From NCBI GenBank assembly GCA_045633955.1, contig JAZQZJ010000085.1, positions 471-64,470 of the forward strand: DNA of 64,000 nucleotides. The letters run 5' to 3'. Shown here in pieces: positions 50,868 through 59,650 of the stretch. The notes beneath the pieces are model-generated. The model was not told where the DNA came from and ran no database searches. It saw nothing but the letters and a program-made list of their open reading frames with translations. The position numbers and the translations under genes are program-made. How positions within the stretch are numbered: position 1 is the first letter of the stretch; every line of letters begins with the position of its first letter. The stretch comes from Agathobacter sp. Its GTDB lineage: Bacteria; Bacillota; Clostridia; Lachnospirales; Lachnospiraceae.

Positions 50868-52031
50868 ATGAAAATTGAGATTACAGAAAAAGTACAGTAT
50901 ATCGGTGTAGATGACACCACTTTGGATTTATTTGAAAGTCAGTATGTAGTACCAGATGGGGTATCCTATAATTCCTATGTGATTTTGGATGAGAAAGTTG
51001 CAGTGATTGATACAGCAGATGTACGTATGGAAAAGGAATGGATGGAAAATCTTTGTAATAAGTTGCAGGGAAGAGATGTGGATTACTTGATTATTCAGCA
51101 TTTAGAACCTGATCATGCAGGTGGAATTTTACGTTTGCTAGAATGTTTTCCACATATGACTTTAGTAGGAAATCAGAAAACCTTTTTGTTTTTATCACAG
51201 TTTGTCGAAGGCGTAGAGGGTCTCAAAAAAATGATAGTAAGAGAAAAAGATTCGCTATGCCTGGGAGAACATACTCTAACTTTTTATATGGCAGCGATGG
51301 TGCATTGGCCAGAAGTTTTAGTAACCTATGAAAGTACAGAACGAATCTTGTTTTCTGCAGATGCATTTGGAAAATTTGGTGCGTTGGAAGTGACAGAGGA
51401 TGAGGATTGGGCTTGTGAAGCAAGACGATATTATTTTAATATTGTAGGAAAATATGGGATTGCAGTGCAGGCATTACTAAGTAAAATTAGGGATTTAAAG
51501 ATTCAGATGATTTGTCCTTCTCATGGACCAATCTTGTATACACCATTGAACGAATATCTGAAATTGTATGATACATGGAGTAGGTATGAACCAGAAACCA
51601 ATGGTGTATTAATTGCTTATGGCTCTTTTCATGGAAATACAAAACAAGCAGCAGAATATCTCGGTGAATTATTGCGACAAAAAGGTTTTGAGAAAGTAGT
51701 TTTGCGAGATATGGCAAGAGAGGATATGGCAGAAGTTATTGAAGATGCATTCCGTTATGACAGAATGATTTTGGTAGCAGCCAGTTATGATGCAGGCGTA
51801 TTTCCACAGATAAAAGACTTTCTGAATCGCTTGCAAAGCAAAGGGTATCAAAAACGTAAAGTGGCGATTGTAGAGAATGGAACATGGTCACCTTCTGCAG
51901 GACGTACCATTCGAGAAATGCTAGAAAAAATGAAGGCAATCGAAATCGTGGAACCAATGGTAACGATATATTCAGTTATGAATGAGTGTACCAAGGAGGA
52001 ACTTAATACATTGGCAGATGAGATGTTATAA
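50868..52031 (+). CDS. FprA-type flavodiiron protein
   Basis: HLEPDH, HWPE, FSADAFG, PSHG and C-terminal flavodoxin domain. Confidence 0.9.
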   Translation: MKIEITEKVQYIGVDDTTLDLFESQYVVPDGVSYNSYVILDEKVAVIDTADVRMEKEWMENLCNKLQGRDVDYLIIQHLEPDHAGGILRLLECFPHMTLVGNQKTFLFLSQFVEGVEGLKKMIVREKDSLCLGEHTLTFYMAAMVHWPEVLVTYESTERILFSADAFGKFGALEVTEDEDWACEARRYYFNIVGKYGIAVQALLSKIRDLKIQMICPSHGPILYTPLNEYLKLYDTWSRYEPETNGVLIAYGSFHGNTKQAAEYLGELLRQKGFEKVVLRDMAREDMAEVIEDAFRYDRMILVAASYDAGVFPQIKDFLNRLQSKGYQKRKVAIVENGTWSPSAGRTIREMLEKMKAIEIVEPMVTIYSVMNECTKEELNTLADEML

Positions 52032-52038
52032 AAATGTA

Positions 52039-52068
52039 AGCCACAACAAACATGTATTTGTTGTGGCT
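52039..52068. terminator. Hairpin between convergent genes
   Basis: AGCCACAACAAA-CATGTA-TTTGTTGTGGCT. Confidence 0.65.
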
Positions 52069-52071
52069 ATG

Positions 52072-52836
52072 TTAAAAGATCCACTCTGCCAGAATGGCAT
52101 AGAGTTCTCGGACATAAAAGGTTGGAAATAGCCAAATGGCAGTTTGACTTGGAGCTGAGCCATAGTCTAGACCGTATTTTTCTGCGATGATACTGGCACG
52201 ATAAGTGTGGTATTCACTGGTAATAATCGTAATGTTTTCATTTAATCCATTTTGTTTTATGAGTTCTTTTGAAAATCGGATGTTTTCATCGGTGTTTCTA
52301 GAACGATCTTCTTTGAAGATTCGGGAAGCGTCGATTCCTTTGTCTGTTAGCCATAGGTACATGGCTTCTGCTTCTGAAATATTTTCTTCATCACCTTTCC
52401 CACCAGATACAATGCAGATAGCTTCTGGATGTTCGGTTAGATATGCGTATGCGGTATCTAATCGTTCTATTAGAGACAGGCTAGGACGGGTTCCATAGAC
52501 ACGACAGCCTAATACTATGACTGTTGCATTCTTTTCAGGTGCTTTTGCTATGGCATGAACCATAAAGCTTGATTCAATGATAGTTAATGATACAACTAGC
52601 ATCATAATGGAGCAAGCAATGATACAGATTCCTTTGCCGATTTTCTTTTCCCATAGTTTTTTTATCCAAGAATGAATTAATGGCATACATTTTATATAGA
52701 GCATCAAAACAAATGCTAGAACCATTCCAGTGATGTTTCCAATGTTACATATTCCAGCTATGAGAAATGGAAGGAAAAACCAAAGAAATGCGATAAGTGC
52801 AAATAAGAAACTAACTTTTTGTAAATTTTTTTTCAT
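52072..52836 (-). CDS. YdcF/ElyC (DUF218) family membrane protein
   Basis: IVLG, VSGGKG, SEAEAM, EDRSRNTDEN, TSEYHTYRA, YVRE. Confidence 0.88.
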   Translation of the reverse strand: MKKNLQKVSFLFALIAFLWFFLPFLIAGICNIGNITGMVLAFVLMLYIKCMPLIHSWIKKLWEKKIGKGICIIACSIMMLVVSLTIIESSFMVHAIAKAPEKNATVIVLGCRVYGTRPSLSLIERLDTAYAYLTEHPEAICIVSGGKGDEENISEAEAMYLWLTDKGIDASRIFKEDRSRNTDENIRFSKELIKQNGLNENITIITSEYHTYRASIIAEKYGLDYGSAPSQTAIWLFPTFYVRELYAILAEWIF

Positions 52837-52948
52837 GTAGTACCTCTATGGATGAATCTTATGTTTTTATAGGTATTGTATCATCCATTTTTCGATTTTC
52901 AATAGCAGTAGAGATTTCTTACAAAAATCTTATGAATTTCTTAAGAAG

Positions 52949-53923
52949 TTAATTTTGCTGATAGATATTACTTTGTTTTATCATTGGATAACAAATAAGT
53001 TCTTTAGAATCTAAATTCTCTTTGTTCATATCAACTGCTGTAATCTGATGATTCTCATAAGTTTTATAATAATAGATGCCTTTGTTGGTATTACAACAGC
53101 TAGAATATACCGTAATTTCATAAATATCTTTTTTTATTTCTACACAGCCGCGAGGAAAGGCCACGGAGTTTAATAGATGAAAAAACTGGTTGATGCTTTC
53201 TGCTTCAGACATGCCGCATTTTGAATTCATTTTTGCAAAAGAAGCACGGACAAAGCGCGATTGGGAAGACCAATCACCAGGAAGTCCCATTGCCCCCATA
53301 CCATTGCTGTATTTCTTTAAATCTAGAATTTTAGAAAAATGGTTTTCTGGTGGGTCATTAGAGAGGTTCATGTAATTATTAAGGTGAAATAACTGTATAT
53401 CAAAAGGAGGATTGTTGGTTAGTACACCAACAGGATTATCGTATATCTGGAGACCATCCTGTGTGGATTCTATGACAACGGAAGTCACTTTATCAGTGAT
53501 AATCCAGTGAAGTGGTGATAGAGGAAGGGTTGGGCTAAAAGGTTCGTTCAAAAGATTTAAGTTTTTTATACATTGTTTTGCTTCTGAAACGGTGACACAT
53601 TGTGCTAATATCCATGGTATGAATTCAAAGGGAGTGATATTTTCTTTTTCTGCATCACTGGGAAAGTAATAGGCGTTTTCAGGAAAATTTAGTCCTGCCA
53701 TACTAAGTCCTTTTTCATTCGTAGCATCGTAGTAGAGTGGATAATTGTTTTGCACGAATGCGGTTCCAATCATGGCATAATGTGAAGGAATAAGTTTTGC
53801 TTTTCGAAAAGAAAATGGATAATTTCGTGGTGTAATTGTAATGGTTTCGATATAAGAATACTCTAAATCAAGATTTCTGCCAAAATAGTGGTCCTGGGTG
53901 TTTAACGTAATTGCTGTACACAT
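52949..53923 (-). CDS. bsh: Choloylglycine hydrolase (bile salt hydrolase/penicillin V acylase family)
   Basis: N-terminal nucleophile MCTA, FGRNLD, NEKGL, VLTNNP, LPGDWSSQSRF. Confidence 0.88.
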   Translation of the reverse strand: MCTAITLNTQDHYFGRNLDLEYSYIETITITPRNYPFSFRKAKLIPSHYAMIGTAFVQNNYPLYYDATNEKGLSMAGLNFPENAYYFPSDAEKENITPFEFIPWILAQCVTVSEAKQCIKNLNLLNEPFSPTLPLSPLHWIITDKVTSVVIESTQDGLQIYDNPVGVLTNNPPFDIQLFHLNNYMNLSNDPPENHFSKILDLKKYSNGMGAMGLPGDWSSQSRFVRASFAKMNSKCGMSEAESINQFFHLLNSVAFPRGCVEIKKDIYEITVYSSCCNTNKGIYYYKTYENHQITAVDMNKENLDSKELICYPMIKQSNIYQQN

Positions 53924-54049
53924 GGGAAACTCCTTTTTTATTGCTATTATGTCTCAAATAGGTGAGTAATAATCTAAGAGTTGTTCTAAAGCATATTTTT
54001 TCTTAACCTAGACAAACTAGTTGTAAATGTTCTAGGTAGGTGTTTTTGT

Positions 54050-54805
54050 ATGAAGCAATATTTTTGTGGTTGGTATTTTAAAATCCAGACAAAAGATAAA
54101 ACCATAGCGCTTATACCATCGATACATGGAGCAGGGCAGAATAGCACCTGCTCTATTCAGTTTATAGAAGATGGAGAAACTTGTTTTTCTGCAAATGTAA
54201 AAGGATGGTTGCGATTTTTGGATTTGGTACCTATAAAGTATGACATTATGGGACCATTTCAGTTTATTCCATTTATGGAGTGTCGGCATAGTGTGTTCAG
54301 TATGATACATCGTGTGGATGGAGTACTTATGATAAATGAGAGGGAGTATTCTTTTGAGGATGCATATGGATATTGGGAGGGGGACAGAGGACATTCATTT
54401 CCCAAGGAGTATGCATGGACCCAGTGTTTTATTGAGGAAAAAGATTCAATAGAAGGTAGTCTGATGCTGTCGGTTGCAGACATTCCCTTGGCAGGATTTC
54501 ATTTTACAGGTATAATAGGGATAGTTTATTGGAGGGGAAAAGAATATCGGTTTGCCACTTATTTGGGTGCAAGAGTGGTGCACAAAGAGAAACAAAGGAT
54601 TTTGATACGGCAAGGAAATATGGAATTAGAAGCTAGATTGTTAGAATCGCAAGCACATCCATTACAGGCACCTGTAGGAGGTTCGATGAAACGTATCATT
54701 CGGGAAAATGTCAGATGTAAGGCATTTTATCGGTTTCGAATAAAAGGGCAGACCATATTTGCATATGAGGCAACGGATGCATCCTTCGAATATGAATATG
54801 AGTGA
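54050..54805 (+). CDS. Tocopherol cyclase-like protein
   Basis: YFCGWYFK, DIMGPF, MECRH, GYWEGDRGHSFPKEYAWTQC, LSVADIP, FATYLGA, LQAP...M...I.E. Confidence 0.7.
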   Translation: MKQYFCGWYFKIQTKDKTIALIPSIHGAGQNSTCSIQFIEDGETCFSANVKGWLRFLDLVPIKYDIMGPFQFIPFMECRHSVFSMIHRVDGVLMINEREYSFEDAYGYWEGDRGHSFPKEYAWTQCFIEEKDSIEGSLMLSVADIPLAGFHFTGIIGIVYWRGKEYRFATYLGARVVHKEKQRILIRQGNMELEARLLESQAHPLQAPVGGSMKRIIRENVRCKAFYRFRIKGQTIFAYEATDASFEYEYE

Positions 54806-54818
54806 AAAGGTGTCACAG

Positions 54819-56747
54819 ATGAGATTAATACCTATACCAGAAGAAAAATATGAAGCCTATCGATTAGGTGTGATGTTTGATTGTTTTAAATGGGATCCTC
54901 AGTTTTTGGATCACAATACCATAGCAAAGTATGTATTAGTTATTACTGCAGAGGAGTATGAAGAACTGGCGCGATTGACCGAAAGTTTGGATCGAGAAAC
55001 CAGAGCAGCAGAAGCTTTTCTCAATCAACATCTAGAATTCACAGTGCCATTGCAACTGACAAAGAAATGCAAAAAGTATGTACCAATGATGAAAAATTAT
55101 GATTCAGATAAACATGTGCGTTTGATGCGCTATGATTTTCATCCAACCATAGAGGGAGATTGGGCGGTTAGTGAGGTAAACAGTGATGTTCCGGGTGGGT
55201 TTGCGGAAGGTTCCCTGATGCCGCAGGCTGCTATAAAAGCACTTGAAACAACAGATTATGTGTATAAGAATTTTGGAAATGTATTAGTAGATGCGATTGC
55301 TGGAAAGACACCAGAGGGCGGTCGTATTGCAATGGTACATTGCACTTGTTATAGTGATGACCGACAAATAATGCAGTTTTTAGGGGAGCAATTAGAGAAG
55401 CGAGGTTTTTCTGTTATTTATATGGCGGCTGATCACTTAAAGTTCGAAGATACGAAGGCCTATAGTTTATTAGATGGAAACGAAGGTCCTATAGATGCCA
55501 TTGTGCGCTTCACGCCATTGGAATGGTTAGCAGATATGAAGACGAAGCATTGGAAAGGATATTTTGATACCACAACAACCTCTTGTAATCATCCAGTAGC
55601 GATTTTTGCGCAATCCAAACGTTTTCCATTTATCTGGGATGCTTTAGAAAAAAATGGAATTGATATGTCGACTTGGAGAAAATTACTTCCTAGTACAAAA
55701 GAAGTAAAAGATGCAGAAGAAGGGGACATTTATAAGCCAATATATGGAAGAGTGGGAGAGAATATTTCTATTAAAGAATCTTGTACCGAAGAAGAATATA
55801 AGAGAATCATGAGAGAAGTAAAATTCCTTTCGAAAAATTATATCGCACAGAAACGTTTTCATAGTAAGCCATTACAGGGAATTGATGGAAAAGAATATCA
55901 TGTGTGTTTAGGTTCATACACCGTAGATAGAAAACATGCGGGCTTTTATGCCCGTATTAGTGACACACCTCGTATAGATTCCAATGCGGCGGATATTCCA
56001 GTTCTTATTGAGCGTACAGAAGATATAGATTTATCGGATGCTTTGGATAGTTATGATGAACGTAATTTTGCTAGATTGATAAATGTAGATTTAAAACAGG
56101 AGGTGATAGAATCTCGTCTTACAGGAAAAGAGATTTATCAAATATGGGCTCCTGTCGGCAAGAAATGGGTAGATTGGGTACGACCTGTTCCATTTATTGA
56201 AATACATACGCAGAAAAAAGGATACATTATCTCTTCAAATTCTATTCCAGAGCAGATTGAAATTGCGGATGCGGATGGAAAGACAGCGATTATAGTAGAT
56301 TTGCCAGGAGAGGATAGCATTGAAATGGGACTTGCTCTAGCCCAAAGAGGTTATCGTCCAATTCCTGTTTATAATGGTGTGGAAGAACAGCAGGGAGCTA
56401 GGGCTACCACAGATAATCAATCGATAGATACAGCATTATTTTATGGTGCTATGAAATTAAAAGAGATATCGATTCCAGAAGATGCACCACCAGCATTTCT
56501 AATGGATAAAAATCGTTTACAGCGTTATAAAATGGATGATTCCATCTTTGACAATAGTTGGGATATTTATCCACAGGATATACCATCTGCGAAGTATCTT
56601 TCTAGTCAGGGAATCGAAAAGATTCTTGTGATTGGAGATAGTCTCGCTAGAGACTTAAAGAAAATATTACGTGATTTTCAAAAGAAGGGCTTAGAAATTT
56701 ATCTGAGTGATGGATATGGTGCTCCACGGAGGAGATTAGCCATCTAG
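54819..56747 (+). CDS. Glutathionylspermidine-synthase-like ATP-grasp ligase fused to an unknown C-terminal domain
   Basis: RYDF, EVNSDVPGG, QSK, KPIYGRVGENI, YIAQ motifs; ~210-aa extension starting near IWAPVGKKWVDW; start at 54819 after AAGGTG (ORF open from 54759). Confidence 0.75.
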   Translation: MRLIPIPEEKYEAYRLGVMFDCFKWDPQFLDHNTIAKYVLVITAEEYEELARLTESLDRETRAAEAFLNQHLEFTVPLQLTKKCKKYVPMMKNYDSDKHVRLMRYDFHPTIEGDWAVSEVNSDVPGGFAEGSLMPQAAIKALETTDYVYKNFGNVLVDAIAGKTPEGGRIAMVHCTCYSDDRQIMQFLGEQLEKRGFSVIYMAADHLKFEDTKAYSLLDGNEGPIDAIVRFTPLEWLADMKTKHWKGYFDTTTTSCNHPVAIFAQSKRFPFIWDALEKNGIDMSTWRKLLPSTKEVKDAEEGDIYKPIYGRVGENISIKESCTEEEYKRIMREVKFLSKNYIAQKRFHSKPLQGIDGKEYHVCLGSYTVDRKHAGFYARISDTPRIDSNAADIPVLIERTEDIDLSDALDSYDERNFARLINVDLKQEVIESRLTGKEIYQIWAPVGKKWVDWVRPVPFIEIHTQKKGYIISSNSIPEQIEIADADGKTAIIVDLPGEDSIEMGLALAQRGYRPIPVYNGVEEQQGARATTDNQSIDTALFYGAMKLKEISIPEDAPPAFLMDKNRLQRYKMDDSIFDNSWDIYPQDIPSAKYLSSQGIEKILVIGDSLARDLKKILRDFQKKGLEIYLSDGYGAPRRRLAI

Positions 56748-56781
56748 CGATGCCTGAACACTTGGCGAGGTATTTTCGAGC

Positions 56782-56869
56782 CTAGTGTGAAGGTATGCAT
56801 AGCTGAGCTGAGTCGCTTTGCGACGGAAAGTCACGTCGTGACGTGGGTCGAGCTAGCTTTTCGCACTAG
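56782..56869. repeat. GC-rich branched palindrome (REP-like)
   Basis: Outer CTAGTGTGAA/TTCGCACTAG, then TAGCT/AGCTA, with inner hairpins GTCGC-TTT-GCGAC and CACGTC-GT-GACGTG. Confidence 0.6.
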
Positions 56870-56880
56870 TTTGTAGTGTT

Positions 56881-56984
56881 AAAATAGACGCGCGGAGTAA
56901 GTTTTTATAATTATTTAATCTGAATCCGCGCGTGATTTTAATTATATAATATTTATTCCATCTCTGCTTGTTATATTCTATCTG
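56881..56984 (+). repeat. Dispersed ~104-bp structured repeat, copy B (homolog of 10090-10193)
   Basis: See copy A; contains ACGCGCGGA...TCCGCGCGT stem. Confidence 0.85.
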
Positions 56985-57084
56985 TAAGTCCTATTCTGTC
57001 AAGTTCAAGCATTTCCGTGCACCTTCGCTGCAAACTTGACAGAATAGGACTTTACAGACGAAAAGTTAATCAAGCAGAAATGGA
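56957..57084. repeat. ~128-bp hairpin with 20-bp perfect inner stem
   Basis: AAGTCCTATTCTGTCAAGTT (56986-57005) vs AACTTGACAGAATAGGACTT (57033-57052); outer TCCATCTCTGCTTG vs CAAGCAGAAATGGA. Confidence 0.85.
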
Positions 57085-57131
57085 TAAGTGTGGCTTTCAG
57101 ATCATGCTTTTACTAAATATTTTCAAATTTT

Positions 57132-57428
57132 CCTAGTATAACAGATATTTGTTTTTTTACAAGGATACTTTAGTTGTGAAAATTCCTAGTATTTACAATA
57201 AAATACAAGATACTAGGCATAAATAAAAGAGAAAATCCTAGTAAATGCGAAAGTTTTTCATATGCTAGGAATGAAATGAAAATGAACTTCCTAGTATATA
57301 AAGAAAAATGAACAAAACTAGGAAAACAAAGGAATTTATCTCCCAAGTATATAAAGAAAAACGAATAAAACAAGGAAAACAAAAGGAGAAATGAACCTAG
57401 CAAATATTAGAAAACTGAATTCGCTAGG
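57132..57428. repeat. Phased array of six CCTAG-N23-CTAGG units, period 52-53 bp
   Basis: CCWAG at 57132, 57185, 57237, 57290, 57343, 57396; CWAGG at 57160, 57213, 57265, 57318, 57371, 57424. Confidence 0.88.
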
Positions 57429-57465
57429 AAATTCAGAGTTGTGAATACAATCTTTTAAGATAGAA

Positions 57466-57497
57466 ATGGAGACTTCTCATATTTGAGAAGTCTCCAT
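57466..57497 (-). terminator. Terminator hairpin downstream of the DUF2207-like gene
   Basis: ATGGAGACTTCTCA-TATT-TGAGAAGTCTCCAT perfect 14-bp stem. Confidence 0.7.
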
Positions 57498-57536
57498 AGT
57501 AAGTTACGAAATTAAATTCGTGTGTTAAACCGTAAT

Positions 57537-59543
57537 TTAGTGGCCACCGCCACCACCGCCGCCTCCGCGGCCTCCTCCACCGTAGCCACCGCCACTAGTA
57601 CCTCCACTGTAAGTTGCAGTTTGTACAGAAGAGTGGAAATGGTGACTGTGGTAATGGATTCGTCCAGATCGATAAGAACGATTATGTACGATAGAATCAT
57701 TTCCTTCGATTCCTTCAGGGAAACGTAAATTCAGTGTTGTATTTAGTTTATCTGCTAATCCAAAGGCCGTAGCGTATATTAGGAACTTTTCCATAATTGT
57801 CATATCAATATTGGAGCGGCTTTGGATTTGTGATTCATCGCTGAGGAAGTTGTAAAATCCTTTCCATTTTTCATATTCATTTGCTCCTTTTTGTGTAAGC
57901 AAAATGAACTTATCCGCTTGTTTGTTTAGAATCAAAAAGCTAATAATACAGCTAATACCTAAGATAAAGAACGCGCCATAGGCCAAATCTAATCGTGTTG
58001 ATACAGAAATTGCATTAGCAATAATAATCAAGATAAGTCCCATAACAAGCAAGAAAATTGCATAGCCTTCTAAATCTTTCTTTGGCTTTAGATAATCGGC
58101 ATTTTGGAAATAGCCTTCTTTTAATCCAATGTTTCGGATTTCGGTTTCTAGTTTCTTTGTGAAACTTTCGGTATTCTGATAGTCTGAAGCGACACGTTCC
58201 TGGAAATCGGTCATATTGATATGGTCTGCATTTTTTGCATGACGAACCAATAGGTTATGATAATGTTTTTCACAAGGTGTCAATTCTTCTTCCGATGGTT
58301 TTAAGTGGATTAAAACATCTCCGTTTGCACGGTCAATCAGGTCCACATAGTTTTTGCGGGCAAGACTTAAAAGTAATGCAGCATATACACCAGAAAGATC
58401 ACCAGAATCTGAACTCTTACAAAGTGCAAATGCACGAGCAAAATGTGGGTCTAAGTCGCTTGGGGTATCATAGTAGTAAGCATAAGTTTCTTCGGATTCA
58501 TAAAAGGTATATTTCTTTTTCTGTTTGTTTTTCATCCAGCCGATGGATAAAAAGGTTAAGACAGAAAGAAGAATACTTAGAGCCAAAACAACTTTTTTTG
58601 CTGTGTCAAAGCGTTCTGGGGCTGTAGCATAATCCTCTTGGTCAGAAAGAATTTCTGTTAAAACGTCATCATTAGTATAGTAGTTCTCACCTGCATATTC
58701 TGTAAAGATATGTTTATCTTCGCCGAAAGAAACAAGGTCAAATTCGATATATTGATTGTATTCCTTAAATTGTAAATCCTCTTCATCCAAAGAAAAAGAG
58801 AAGGTGTAGTAGCCAGGATTCTTTGTTGCAGATTCTTCTACAGGAAAAGAATTGGCGTTTGTACCATAGGTGGAAATTTTATAGTTTCCTGCATGGGGCA
58901 TATCCTTGTCTGGGAAAAGTATCTCTGCTTCATAGGATTCTAAGTATTCAATAGTTTCTCCAGAATACATAGCTAAGTATAAGTCGGAGCAATCGTTGTA
59001 TCGAAGCGAAGCATTACGCATTTCATATTGGATTTCAAATACCATTTTTTCACGGTAAACACCATCGATATAGAAAAGTACACATTCATATTGTCGATTG
59101 TCTTCGTTATATGGGCCTTCGCTGTGGAACCAACGGCCTGGTCCTAATTTTGGACTTACATAATCTTCATCATCCCAATAGAGTTTTGGGCTCTTACGAT
59201 ATGTTATTTCAGTTCCGTCTTCTAAAATTTGCTTTACGGAGTGAACCTTATAGTCTACTTTGGCACCATCTACATAACTTTCTGGTAAATCACGCCAAAG
59301 TTCCCAATAGAGGTTGTCCTCATAGTCTGCATGAACATCAAAAGTCAATCGTTCGGTAATCATGACTTTTCCTTCGCAGTCTGGTTCATCGACAACCACA
59401 GCTTTGTAGGATACATCGGTAATGCGGGCATAATCATCTTCATCTGAACTAATTCCTAAAATTAGTAAAAAAATAAATACAATAGAAATAATTGCAATCC
59501 AAACAATAGCTGCGGCGTTTGTGTTTTGTTTTTTCATAGGCAA
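57537..59543 (-). CDS. DUF2207-like membrane protein with Gly-rich C-terminal tail
   Basis: N-terminal anchor, extracellular domain (ITERLTF), LARKNY, LTQKG...WKGFYNFL, LIYATAFG, tail GGGYGGGGRGGGGGGGGH. Confidence 0.8.
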   Translation of the reverse strand: MPMKKQNTNAAAIVWIAIISIVFIFLLILGISSDEDDYARITDVSYKAVVVDEPDCEGKVMITERLTFDVHADYEDNLYWELWRDLPESYVDGAKVDYKVHSVKQILEDGTEITYRKSPKLYWDDEDYVSPKLGPGRWFHSEGPYNEDNRQYECVLFYIDGVYREKMVFEIQYEMRNASLRYNDCSDLYLAMYSGETIEYLESYEAEILFPDKDMPHAGNYKISTYGTNANSFPVEESATKNPGYYTFSFSLDEEDLQFKEYNQYIEFDLVSFGEDKHIFTEYAGENYYTNDDVLTEILSDQEDYATAPERFDTAKKVVLALSILLSVLTFLSIGWMKNKQKKKYTFYESEETYAYYYDTPSDLDPHFARAFALCKSSDSGDLSGVYAALLLSLARKNYVDLIDRANGDVLIHLKPSEEELTPCEKHYHNLLVRHAKNADHINMTDFQERVASDYQNTESFTKKLETEIRNIGLKEGYFQNADYLKPKKDLEGYAIFLLVMGLILIIIANAISVSTRLDLAYGAFFILGISCIISFLILNKQADKFILLTQKGANEYEKWKGFYNFLSDESQIQSRSNIDMTIMEKFLIYATAFGLADKLNTTLNLRFPEGIEGNDSIVHNRSYRSGRIHYHSHHFHSSVQTATYSGGTSGGGYGGGGRGGGGGGGGH

Positions 59544-59650
59544 TACCTTCTTTGTGTAAAAATCTTAGTTTTATTATATAGAAAGAAATTTGAAAGAACA
59601 ATAGACATTATGTTATAATTAACAGAGTAGTTTGTGAAATGGAGATAAAT

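Noticed and set aside
57170-57403. 77-aa hydrophobic minus-strand ORF over the CCTAG array
   Set aside because: Phe/Leu richness follows from the T-rich strand; the 53-bp period is not a multiple of 3; no RBS seen
57132-57428. Calling the array a CRISPR or TIGR array
   Set aside because: Repeats are only 5-8 bp and inverted, the period differs, and no cas or Nop-domain gene is nearby; kept only as an architectural analogy
57512-57728. Ala/Thr-rich short ORFs overlapping the DUF2207-like 3' end
   Set aside because: Alternate-frame products of the GC-rich poly-Gly codons
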